Source of the DNA: Burkholderiales bacterium
Lineage (GTDB): Bacteria > Pseudomonadota > Gammaproteobacteria > Burkholderiales > SG8-39
Assembly (NCBI GenBank): GCA_023383795.1
Contig: JAHDYJ010000008.1
Coordinates: 3,582-67,581 of the forward strand
Direction: 5' to 3'
DNA length: 64,000 bases
The notes below the pieces were generated by a model. That model had not been told where the DNA came from. It made no database searches and was given only the letters and a program-made list of their open reading frames with translations. Positions within the stretch are counted from its first letter, which is position 1; every line of letters starts with the position of its first letter. Position numbers and translations under genes: made by a program. Shown piece after piece: positions 8,680 through 17,100 of the stretch.

Positions 8680-9687
8680 TCAGCCGCGCGCCCCGCGCGC
8701 GCGCTCCAGCGCGCGGGCGAGCGTCCGGCGCAGGTGCACCCGGATGTTGTCCATCAGGTAGCGCTTGGTGAAGCCGTGGTGCGGCAGCGGATTCACCTCC
8801 TTTGCCGCCGCGGCGGCCGCCTCCGCGAGGCGTGCGTCCTCGGGCACCGCGCCCGCGAGCACGCGCTCCGCCGCCGACGCCCGCACCGGCCGCTCGCGCA
8901 CCGCGCCGACGGCGATGCGCGCGCCGGCGCAGGTCTTGCCGTCGTCCGCGAGCGCGAGGGTCACCGCGATGACCGCCATCCCGAACTCCAGGCCGCCGCG
9001 CACCGTCGACTTGTGGAACGCCCACCCGGTGCGCGGCGCGGGCGCCGGCACGATCGCCGCGCGAATGAGCTCGGCGCCGTCGAGGGCGAGCGGCGCGAGA
9101 CCGCTTCCGGTGAAGAGCTCCTCGACCGGAATGCGGCGGCCGCCCGCCTCGCTCAGGATCTCGACGTCGGCGCCGAGCGCGACGAGCGCGGGCGCGACGT
9201 CCGACATGTAGACCGACCAGCAGGTGTCGCGCTTGTTGGTCGGGAAGGGATAGCAGCGCTCGCCGCCGAGCTTGTAGCAGCGCGCAGCGAACTGGTAGTC
9301 GTGCCGCTGGTTGAAGTAGAGGCAGCGGCTCTCCTGGCAGAGGTTGCCGCCGAGCGTGCCCATCTCGCGGACCTGGTTGCCGCCCACGGCGCGCGCGCTC
9401 TCGGCGAGCATCGGCGCGCGGGCGTGCACCACGCCCGAGCGCTCGAGATCGGCGAGGCGGGAGAAGGCGTCGACGCGCAGGCTCCCGTCCGGCAGCGTCG
9501 CCGGCGCCTCCGGCGCGATTGCCCCCAGGCTCACGAGCACGCCGGGCTTCACGAGCTCGGCGCGCATGTTGGGCATGAGGTCGGTGCCGCCGGCCAGCAG
9601 GCGCGCGTCCCCGCGCAGGCGCCCGAGCAGCGCCACTGCGTCGGCCGCAGTGTCCGGACGCTCGAGCTCGAAATCGAAGAGGATCAT
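8680..9687 (-). CDS. FAD-binding medium subunit with a Cys-rich insertion (HcrB-like, putative extra [4Fe-4S])
   Basis: The internal ATG at 9687 (RBS GGGGAG) of track ORF 8680..9747 gives MILFDFELERPDT...LLAGGTDLMPNM (FAD_binding_5). The insertion GGNLCQESRCLYFNQRHDYQFAARCYKLGGERCYPFPTNKRDTCW contains 5 Cys, as in 4-hydroxybenzoyl-CoA reductase beta subunits. Confidence 0.85.
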   Translation of the reverse strand: MILFDFELERPDTAADAVALLGRLRGDARLLAGGTDLMPNMRAELVKPGVLVSLGAIAPEAPATLPDGSLRVDAFSRLADLERSGVVHARAPMLAESARAVGGNQVREMGTLGGNLCQESRCLYFNQRHDYQFAARCYKLGGERCYPFPTNKRDTCWSVYMSDVAPALVALGADVEILSEAGGRRIPVEELFTGSGLAPLALDGAELIRAAIVPAPAPRTGWAFHKSTVRGGLEFGMAVIAVTLALADDGKTCAGARIAVGAVRERPVRASAAERVLAGAVPEDARLAEAAAAAAKEVNPLPHHGFTKRYLMDNIRVHLRRTLARALERARGARG

Positions 9688-9811
9688 GCGCGGCTCCCCA
9701 GGGCAATGGCGAGGCCGGATCCGGCCCCGGCGCTCCTGGTCCCGCAACCGCCCGCGCGCCGCCGCGCGCCCGGGCGCGCCGCCGGCGTATCCGCACCGGC
9801 GGCTCCTTGCT

Positions 9812-9834
9812 TATAGTTTGTAGATAAAACTGTA
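9812..9834. promoter_or_regulatory. AT-rich palindromic operator candidate TATAGTTTG-TAGAT-AAAACTGTA upstream of the hcr-like operon
   Basis: Read directly. 20 of 23 positions are identical to 11305..11327. It lies 125 nt upstream of the 9687 start in an otherwise GC-rich spacer. Confidence 0.6.
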
Positions 9835-9956
9835 GGCCGGGGCGCGGGCGACTGTCAATCGTTCTGCGCACGCCACGGCCGATTGCGGCCGGCCGAGCGC
9901 GCGTGATGAATGATTCTCATCCGCCCGGCCCGCGCCGGAGGCCCGGCGCGCACCGC

Positions 9957-10436
9957 TCAGCGGTCGAAGGCGCCGGCGATGCGCTGCAACAGGTCCAAGA
10001 CCTGCTCGCGCTCGCCCGGCTTGAGCACCGCGTCCATGGCCCGCTCCTGCTTCTCGATGCGCCGGGTCACGCGCGCGAGCACCTTGCGCCCCGCCGGCGT
10101 CAGTTGCAGCGCGTGATACCGCCGGTCCTGCTCGCTGCGCTCGGTCCGGATCAGGCCGCGCCCGACGAGGCGCTTCAGCGACAGCGACAAGGTCGCCTTG
10201 TCGAGCCGATAGAGGCGCGCCAGCGTCACCGAGTTGAGGCCCGGGTTCGCCTCGAGCATGGTGAGCAGGCTGAACTCGCCCGGGGTCACCCCGAGATCCC
10301 CGATGGAGCGCGAGATGTCGCGGAAGATGGCCGACTGCGTCTGCCGGACCTGATAACCGATGTAGCCGGGCAGCCTGCCGAAGTCGACCCCGGCGGCGCG
10401 CGCGCCGTTCCTCCTCCTGGAGACGGGATCAGGCAC
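9957..10436 (-). CDS. MarR-family transcriptional regulator
   Basis: 159 aa. TPGEFSLLTMLEANPGLNSVTLARLYRLDKATLSLSLKRLVGRGLIRTERSEQDRRYHALQLTPAGRK is a typical MarR winged HTH. The start overlaps the xdhC end by 8 nt. Confidence 0.9.
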   Translation of the reverse strand: MPDPVSRRRNGARAAGVDFGRLPGYIGYQVRQTQSAIFRDISRSIGDLGVTPGEFSLLTMLEANPGLNSVTLARLYRLDKATLSLSLKRLVGRGLIRTERSEQDRRYHALQLTPAGRKVLARVTRRIEKQERAMDAVLKPGEREQVLDLLQRIAGAFDR

Positions 10437-11220
10437 GGGCGCCCTGCCTGAGCTTCAGGAGCTGGCTCACGATGCCGACCGCGATCTCGCCCGGCGTGTT
10501 GTCGCCGAGCTTCTCGCCGACCGGGCAGACGATGCGGTCGATGAACGACCGCGGGACGCCCGCCTCGGCGAGCTCCCTGCGGACGATGCGCGACTTCGCC
10601 TCGCTGCCGATCAGCCCGAGGTGGGCGATGTCGAGCCCGCGCGCGGCGATCGCCTTCAGGATCGGCAAGTCCGCGCTGTGGCCCACCGTCATGAGCAGCA
10701 CGTCGCCGCGCGGTGCGATGCGGTCGATGCCGTCGACATAGTCGGCCACGCGGACCGCCTCGAGCTTCGCGTTGCGCGGCAGGCGGTCGAGCCATTCGGC
10801 GCGCGTGTCGAGGCAGACGACGCGGCAGTCGAGCTCGACGAGAAAGCGGCAGAGCGCCTGCGCGACGTGCCCGGCGCCGAACACCGCGATGTTCCAGGCG
10901 TGGTCGCGACGGTGCACCTCGAAGTACAGCGCCGCCTCGCCGCCGCAGGTCATCCCGAGGTCGCGCTGCAGATTGACGCGCTCGAAGCGGGTCCGCGCAG
11001 CGGCGCCGTCGGCGAGCAGCGCGCGCGAGCGCTCCTCGCACATGGCCTCGAGCCGGCCGCCGCCGACCGTTCCGTGCGCCAGGCCGTCGGGGGTGAAGAT
11101 CGCGGAGGCGCCGACTACCTGCGGGATGCTGCCGCGCGCGTCCACGATGGTCGCGACGCAGAAGGCCGCGCCCGCCTGCCGCAGCCGCTCGATCTCGCGC
11201 AGAAGATCCTGGTCAAGCAC
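10429..11220 (-). CDS. xdhC: XdhC/CoxI-family Mo-cofactor insertion chaperone
   Basis: 263 aa. N-terminal XdhC_CoxI domain (AFCVATIVDARGSIPQVVGA...GTVGGG) plus a Rossmann-like C-terminal domain (IAVFGAGHVAQAL). Confidence 0.85.
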   Translation of the reverse strand: MLDQDLLREIERLRQAGAAFCVATIVDARGSIPQVVGASAIFTPDGLAHGTVGGGRLEAMCEERSRALLADGAAARTRFERVNLQRDLGMTCGGEAALYFEVHRRDHAWNIAVFGAGHVAQALCRFLVELDCRVVCLDTRAEWLDRLPRNAKLEAVRVADYVDGIDRIAPRGDVLLMTVGHSADLPILKAIAARGLDIAHLGLIGSEAKSRIVRRELAEAGVPRSFIDRIVCPVGEKLGDNTPGEIAVGIVSQLLKLRQGARA

Positions 11221-11304
11221 TCGCCGCCCTGTCTCGACTCTCCCGGCGGGGTCGATGCGCGCCGTCGGACGCCGCTCGCGGGCGCGGGAAGCGCCGCGCC
11301 CCGG

Positions 11305-11327
11305 TATGGTTTGTAGATCAAACTATA
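11305..11327. promoter_or_regulatory. AT-rich palindromic operator candidate TATGGTTTG-TAGAT-CAAACTATA upstream of xdhC-marR
   Basis: Read directly. 9-nt arms match in 8 of 9 positions around a 5-nt spacer. It lies 85 nt upstream of the xdhC start. The reverse complement begins TATAGT (-10-like). Confidence 0.6.
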
Positions 11328-11347
11328 TGGGCGGGCGGCGCGCGTGT

Positions 11348-11383
11348 CAAACGAAAGGGGGCGACGCCTGAGCGCCGCCCCCC
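11348..11383 (-). terminator. Rho-independent terminator of grxD
   Basis: On the minus strand: GGGGGCGGCGC-TCAG-GCGTCGCCCCC (11-bp stem with 1 mismatch) followed by TTTCGTTTG. It sits about 55 nt after the grxD stop. Confidence 0.6.
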
Positions 11384-11436
11384 GTTGCAAATCCCCTCGA
11401 GTCAGCGCGAGATGCGCGCCGGCAGCTCGGTGCCGT

Positions 11437-11754
11437 TCAGGCCTTGACGCCTTCGAGCAGCTGCTGCAGCTCGCCCGACTGGTACATCTCGCGCAGAATG
11501 TCCGAGCCCCCCACGAACTCGCCGTTCACGTACAGCTGCGGGATCGTCGGCCAGTTCGCGAACTGCTTGATGCCCTGGCGGATCTCCGGGTCCTCCAGCA
11601 CGTTCACGCTGGCGAAGTCGTCGATCCCGCACGCGTTGAGGATCGCCACCGCGTTGGCGGAGAACCCGCATTGCGGGAAGTCGGGCGTGCCCTTCATGTA
11701 GAGCACCACCTTGTTGCTCGTCACGGTCTGCTTGATGCGGTCTTGCACGTCCAT
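11437..11754 (-). CDS. grxD: Monothiol glutaredoxin, Grx4 family
   Basis: 105 aa with the CGFS active site (PQCGFSANAV) and WPTIPQLYVNGEFVGGSDI. Confidence 0.95.
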   Translation of the reverse strand: MDVQDRIKQTVTSNKVVLYMKGTPDFPQCGFSANAVAILNACGIDDFASVNVLEDPEIRQGIKQFANWPTIPQLYVNGEFVGGSDILREMYQSGELQQLLEGVKA

Positions 11755-11855
11755 GTGCGCTGCTCCTGAACTGTTCGGTTGCCGTTGCCAATACCCGACA
11801 AATTTTGTCGGATTTTAGCCCGGCGCCGCGGTCCGGTCAACCTGGGCCCTTCGCG

Positions 11856-12668
11856 TCACGAGGCCCGTCCCACGGTCACGCGCGCGATGCCGGCGAGGTC
11901 CGGCACGCTCGCGACGCCGGCGTACCCCCGCTCGGCCAGGAGCGCCCGGCATCGCTCCGCCTGATCGTGCCCGTGCTCGAGGGCGAGCCAGCCGCGCGGA
12001 GCGAGATGGTCGCGGGCCTCCCGCACGATTCGGCGGATGCAGTCGAGGCCGTCCGGGCCGCCGACGAGCGCCGCGCGCGGCTCGAAGCGCACGTCGCCCT
12101 CGTCGAGGTGGGGATCGTCCGCGGCGACGTAGGGCGGGTTCGAGAGGATCAGGTCGAACCGCTCGCCGCGGAGCGACCCGAACCAGTCCGACTGCACGAG
12201 ATGCACGCGCGGCGCATGGCGGGCGGCGTTCCTGCGTGCGACGGCCAGCGCTTCGGACGAAGCGTCGGTCGCCCACACCTCGACCGAGGGCGCCGCGTTT
12301 GCGAGCGCGACCGCGACCGCGCCGCTGCCGGTGCCGAGATCCAGCGCGCGGCGGGCGCCTTGCGCGGCGCGGCGCAGCGCGAAGTCCACCAGCAGCTCCG
12401 TCTCCGGACGCGGGATCAGGACGGCCGGCGTGACTTCGAGCGCGAGACCGTAGAACTCGCGCACGCCGAGGATGTACGCGACCGGCTCGCCGGCGCGCCG
12501 CCGCCGGAACAGCTCGCTCGCCTGCGCGCTCCGCGCGTCGTCCAGCGGATCGTCGGAGTGCGCGACGAGCCAGGCGCGATCCACGCCGAGGCTCGCTGCG
12601 AGCAGCAGCCGCGCCTCGGCTGCGGGCAGTCCGCTCTCCCGGATCAGGGCGCTGACGGCGGCGGGCAT
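11856..12668 (-). CDS. prmC: Release-factor glutamine N5-methyltransferase
   Basis: 270 aa. SAM motif LDLGTGSGAVAVALA and catalytic NPPY (LILSNPPYV); PrmC/HemK architecture. Confidence 0.9.
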   Translation of the reverse strand: MPAAVSALIRESGLPAAEARLLLAASLGVDRAWLVAHSDDPLDDARSAQASELFRRRRAGEPVAYILGVREFYGLALEVTPAVLIPRPETELLVDFALRRAAQGARRALDLGTGSGAVAVALANAAPSVEVWATDASSEALAVARRNAARHAPRVHLVQSDWFGSLRGERFDLILSNPPYVAADDPHLDEGDVRFEPRAALVGGPDGLDCIRRIVREARDHLAPRGWLALEHGHDQAERCRALLAERGYAGVASVPDLAGIARVTVGRAS

Positions 12669-12762
12669 CGGAGCGCGCGGGCGGGCATTTCCGCGCGATG
12701 TTTGCGCACGCCGCCGCGCCGTGCAAGACTACCTCGCAGGACTCGACACTCCATCCGCCCAG

Positions 12763-13404
12763 ATGCCGCAAAGGACCGGCCCGTTTGCCCACCTCGACGA
12801 GGCCGGCCTGCGCGAGCTCGCCCCGCACGGGGCGATCCGCACCTTGCCCAAGAACGTGGTCGTGGTCACCGAGGGCGACGCCACCGACACCCTGTACGTC
12901 GTCCTCTCCGGCCGGGTCAAGGCGTACGTCGCCGACGAGAACGGCCGGGAGGTGGTCGTCAACACGATCGGCGCGGGCGACTATTTCGGCGAGCTGGTGC
13001 TCGACGGCGGGCCGCGCGCCGCCTCGATCATGACGCTCGAGCCGTGCCGCTTCTACGTGATTCCGCGCGCCGACGTCGAGGGGCTGCTGGAGCGCAGTCC
13101 GGCTTTCGCGCGCGACCTGATCTACGCCCTGATCGGCAAGGTGCGCGCGCTGACCGACGCCGTGCGCGACCTCGCCCTCAAGGACGTATACGCGCGACTC
13201 GCCAAGTTCATCGAGGAGCACGCGGTCGAGCAGGAGGGCGTGCGGGTGATCCCCGAGCGCCTGACCCAGCACGACATCGCCGCGCGCATCGGCGGCTCGC
13301 GCGAGATGGTGAGCCGCATCGTGAAGGACCTGACGGCCGGTGGCTACATCTCGATCGAGGCCAAGCACATCGTCGTGCACCGGAAGCTGCCGGCGCACTG
13401 GTGA
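12763..13404 (+). CDS. Crp/Fnr-family cyclic-nucleotide-binding transcriptional regulator
   Basis: The ATG at 12763 within track ORF 12472..13404 gives 213 aa. cNMP-binding domain (GDYFGELVLDGGPRAASIMTLEP) plus a C-terminal HTH (LTQHDIAARIGGSREMVSRIVKDL). No clear RBS. Confidence 0.85.
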   Translation: MPQRTGPFAHLDEAGLRELAPHGAIRTLPKNVVVVTEGDATDTLYVVLSGRVKAYVADENGREVVVNTIGAGDYFGELVLDGGPRAASIMTLEPCRFYVIPRADVEGLLERSPAFARDLIYALIGKVRALTDAVRDLALKDVYARLAKFIEEHAVEQEGVRVIPERLTQHDIAARIGGSREMVSRIVKDLTAGGYISIEAKHIVVHRKLPAHW

Positions 13405-13589
13405 GCCGCTGACGACACCCCTCCGGCGGCCTCGTGGCGGCCGCTCGCGAGGGGCGGCCGACGCAATGTGAATCCGGCACTTTTCGCCTATGGCGGACGG
13501 CGACGCGACTGCCCTCTTCTGCCGCCTAGAGTCATTCCACGAGGCCGGCGACTCCCGCCGCCCGAGGACATAGCCGAAAGGAGACGACG

Positions 13590-13985
13590 ATGTTCAAGAC
13601 CACCATGGCCGTGCTGTGTGTCGCCGCCCTGCTCATCCCGGCCGCCCGCGCCGACGATAGCCCGGCCGCAACCAGAGAGGCTGAGCTGGGCACGTATGCT
13701 CGGGCGATCGCCATCTACCGTGCCGACACCCGGAGCAGCGATTCCAGGGCCCGGGAGATGGTCGGCCTCATGCTGTGGTTCGGCGACCCGGCGCCCCACG
13801 GGCCGCTGACGCGCGACGGCGGCGCAGCGACGCAGTGGCTCGCGCGGACCACCGCGCACGGCGGCAAGGCTGCCCACTTCGCGCTAGCCACCCAGGACAT
13901 TCGGGACGCCCGGGCCACAGAGCAGGCGAAAGCGCAGCAAGGGTACGGGTGCGGCGAGCTGCTCGAGTATCTGGACGACCGCTGA
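13590..13985 (+). CDS. Hypothetical secreted protein (signal peptide; possibly Sel1-like helical repeat)
   Basis: RBS AAGGAG 7 nt upstream. N-terminus MFKTTMAVLCVAALLIPAARADD looks like a Sec signal. No confident family. Confidence 0.55.
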   Translation: MFKTTMAVLCVAALLIPAARADDSPAATREAELGTYARAIAIYRADTRSSDSRAREMVGLMLWFGDPAPHGPLTRDGGAATQWLARTTAHGGKAAHFALATQDIRDARATEQAKAQQGYGCGELLEYLDDR

Positions 13986-14121
13986 GCCCTCAGCAGCCCG
14001 CGGCGGCACTCGCCACCCCTCAGGGGGGCCGCCGCGGCGACCGAGGCCCCCCATTCGGCCTATTCCGGGCGTCCTGCGCAAGTGTATGATGCTCGCGCCC
14101 GTCTCCCCAGGGAGGAGATCC

Positions 14122-17100
14122 ATGGCGCCGAAGCGAGCACGCGTCGGTGTGGTGGTGTTGGGGGCTTTTTTTCTCGTGGCGCCCTTGGCCCAAGGGCAGA
14201 TCACCACGGACGGCACGCTCGGCCCGGCCGGCGCGCTCGCGGGGCCGCATTACGCGATTCCGGCCGACCTCGGGCGCCAGGCGGGCGCCAACCTCTTCCA
14301 CAGCTTCGGACTCTTCAACCTCGCCACCGGCGAGAGCGCGACCTTCTCCGGCCCGGGCTCGGTCGCAAACATCATTTCGCGGGTCACCGGCGGGCAGGCC
14401 TCTAGCATCGACGGGCGACTCGCCTCGACGATCCCCGGCGCCAATCTCTTCCTGATCAACCCGCGTGGGGTCCTCTTCGGGCCAAACGCGAGCCTGGATC
14501 TCACCGGCTCGTTCAGCGCGTCGACGGCGGACTACCTGCGCTTCGCCGACGGCACGCGCTTCGAGGCGACGGCCACACCGGGGCCGATCCTCACCTCGGC
14601 GCCGCCGGCGGCGTTCGGGTTCCTCGGGCCGACCGGCGCGGTCGCCTTCCAGGGCTCGACGTTCGACCTCGCACCCGGACCGGGGCTCTCGGTCGCGGCC
14701 GGCAGCATCGCCCTGGACGGCGCGCTGCTCCGCACCCGCGCCGCCGACCTCCGGCTCGCGGCGGTGTCCGCGGGCGAGCTCCCGCTGGACGCGACCGCCG
14801 CACCCTCGACCGGCAGCGCGATGGGCGATGTCGGCGTCAGTTTCTCCCAGGTGCGGACGGTGAGCAGCGGCGACCTGCCGCCCGGCCGCCTCGTCATCCG
14901 CGGCGGCCAGCTCACGATCGCCGACTCGGTCGTGCGGGCCACCAACGGCTCTCCGGCGGATGCGCCGCCGGTCGAGCTGCTCGCTTCGGGCGATCTCAGA
15001 TTCTCGGGAGGCCAGTTCCTCGCAAATGCGCAGGGCGCCGGGCGGGGTGCGGACCTCGTCGCGCGCGGCGAGAACGTCACGATTGATCGCGCAGCACTGG
15101 TCCAGGCGTGGTCGACCACCTCGGGAGCCGTCGGCGAGATCGATTTCGAGGCACGTAACGCTCTGCGCATCGTCGCGGCGCCCGACGATCCCGACTACAC
15201 AGCGGTGAACAACGCGGTCTTCGCCGACGGCTCCGGCGGCGCCACGCGCTTGAGCGGCGACACGGTCACGGTCGACGCTGCGATCGTGAACAACGTGACG
15301 TTCGGCGCCGGCAATACCGGCCCGGTCGTCATGCGCGGGCGCGAGGTGATCCTGACCAATGGCGCCTTCGTGCTGAACGAGGTCAAGCCCGACGCCCCGG
15401 GACGTGGCGACGACGTCGACATCGCCGCCACCGAGCGCGTTTTCATCGGCAAGCACGACTGGTGGGATTTCCAGTCGGAGATCGTCACGGTCACGCGCGG
15501 GCCGCAGGACGCCGGCAACGTTCGCGTGGTTGCACCCCTCATCGAGGTCATCGGCGGCACTGTGCACAGCATCACCAACGGCACGGGGAACACCGGGGTG
15601 CTCGAGTTCGTCGGCGACGTCATACGCTTCCTCGGCGGCTACGGCGGCATCGCGTTCGTCGACACGACGTCGGAATGGACCGCCACCGGAAACAGCGGCA
15701 ATATCGACGTGCGGGCGTCGACTTCGTTCGAGATCGGCCGGGGCGACAATCCTGACGGCTGGAGCCGGATGACCACGTCCAGTTTCGGCGCGGGGCGCAG
15801 CGGCGACGTGACCGTGGATTCTCCGCTCGTCACCGTGCGCGGCCTGCAGGCGATCTGGAGCTCCATTTTCGGCACCGGCGACGGCGGCTCGATCCGCATC
15901 CGCGCGCACGACGTGAACGTGTTCGACAACGGCGAGATCCAGACCGGCGTATTCTGGGGCGCCACCGGACGCGGCGGCGACATCGTCATCGAGGGAACGG
16001 GCAGGCTCTACATCTCGGGATTCAATCAGCCGCTGCCGGGCGGAGGCCTGATCACCACGCTGACCGAGTCCCCGGGCCGCGCCGGCGACATACGGATCAG
16101 CATCCCGGTGGTCGAGACCGCATTCGAGACCGGGCCCCGGATCCTCTCCGGCACCGTCGGCGAGGGCGACGCAGGCAACATCGAGATCGCCACCGGACGG
16201 CTGATGAGCCGAGGCGGCGGGATCGAGGCAACGGCGTTCAATTTCTCGTCGGGCAAGGCCGGCGACATCCAGATCGTCGCCTCCGAGGCGATCGAGCTGG
16301 TCGGCCGCCCGTTCTACTGGTGGGAGGGCGTCTTCTCGCGCGCGCAGGGTACGGGCGACGCCGGGAGCATCTCGCTTGCGGCGCCTCGGGTCGTGCTCGA
16401 CGACCAGCGCGTGTGGGCGACCGCCTACTACATCGCCGACGGCGGCCGGATCGACATCGACACGAACGAGCTCATCCTGCGCAACGGCGGGCAGCTCGAT
16501 GCGCGAACGCTGGACGGGTCGAGCGGTGCGGCCGGCTCGGTGCAGGTCCGCGCGCGGGACCGGATCGAGATCACCGGCATGAGCCCGATCGACGCGGCGT
16601 TCAGCGGTATCAACGCCCAGACCGGCGGCTCCGGTCCGAGCGGCGGCATCCGGATCGAGACTGGCGACCTGCTCATCGATCGCGGATTCGTCAAGTCCAC
16701 GGCCAACGGGAGCGGCAACGCAGGCGACATCGACATCACCGCCCGTACCGTGACCCTCGTGAACGGAGGCCGGATCGACGCGAGCGCGGCGCCCGGATCG
16801 AGCGGCGCCGGGGGCAGCATCTCGGTGAACGCAGCCGAATCGATCTACGTCGGCGGTGTGGACCGGTCGCCGATCATCGTCGAGCAGGAACCCGTTCCAG
16901 GCGCCGATGGCGTGAACCAGCGCGGCCGTCCGCAAGGTGCGCTTGCGAGCACCATTACGACGAGCACCGCGGGCAGCGGCGCCGGGGGACGCGTCCTGCT
17001 CGTTGCGCCGCGGATCGACGTAGCCAGCGAAGGTCGCATCGAGGCCACGAGCACCGGCACCGGCAACGCTGGATCGATCGAGCTCGTGGCGCCCGACGCG

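Noticed and set aside
5715-9687. Selenocysteine (in-frame TGA) recoding in the Mo enzyme next to yqeB/yqeC
   Set aside because: All three subunit ORFs are uninterrupted and of family-typical length. The YqeB/YqeC-associated selenium is a labile cofactor ligand, not Sec, so no recoding is expected or seen.
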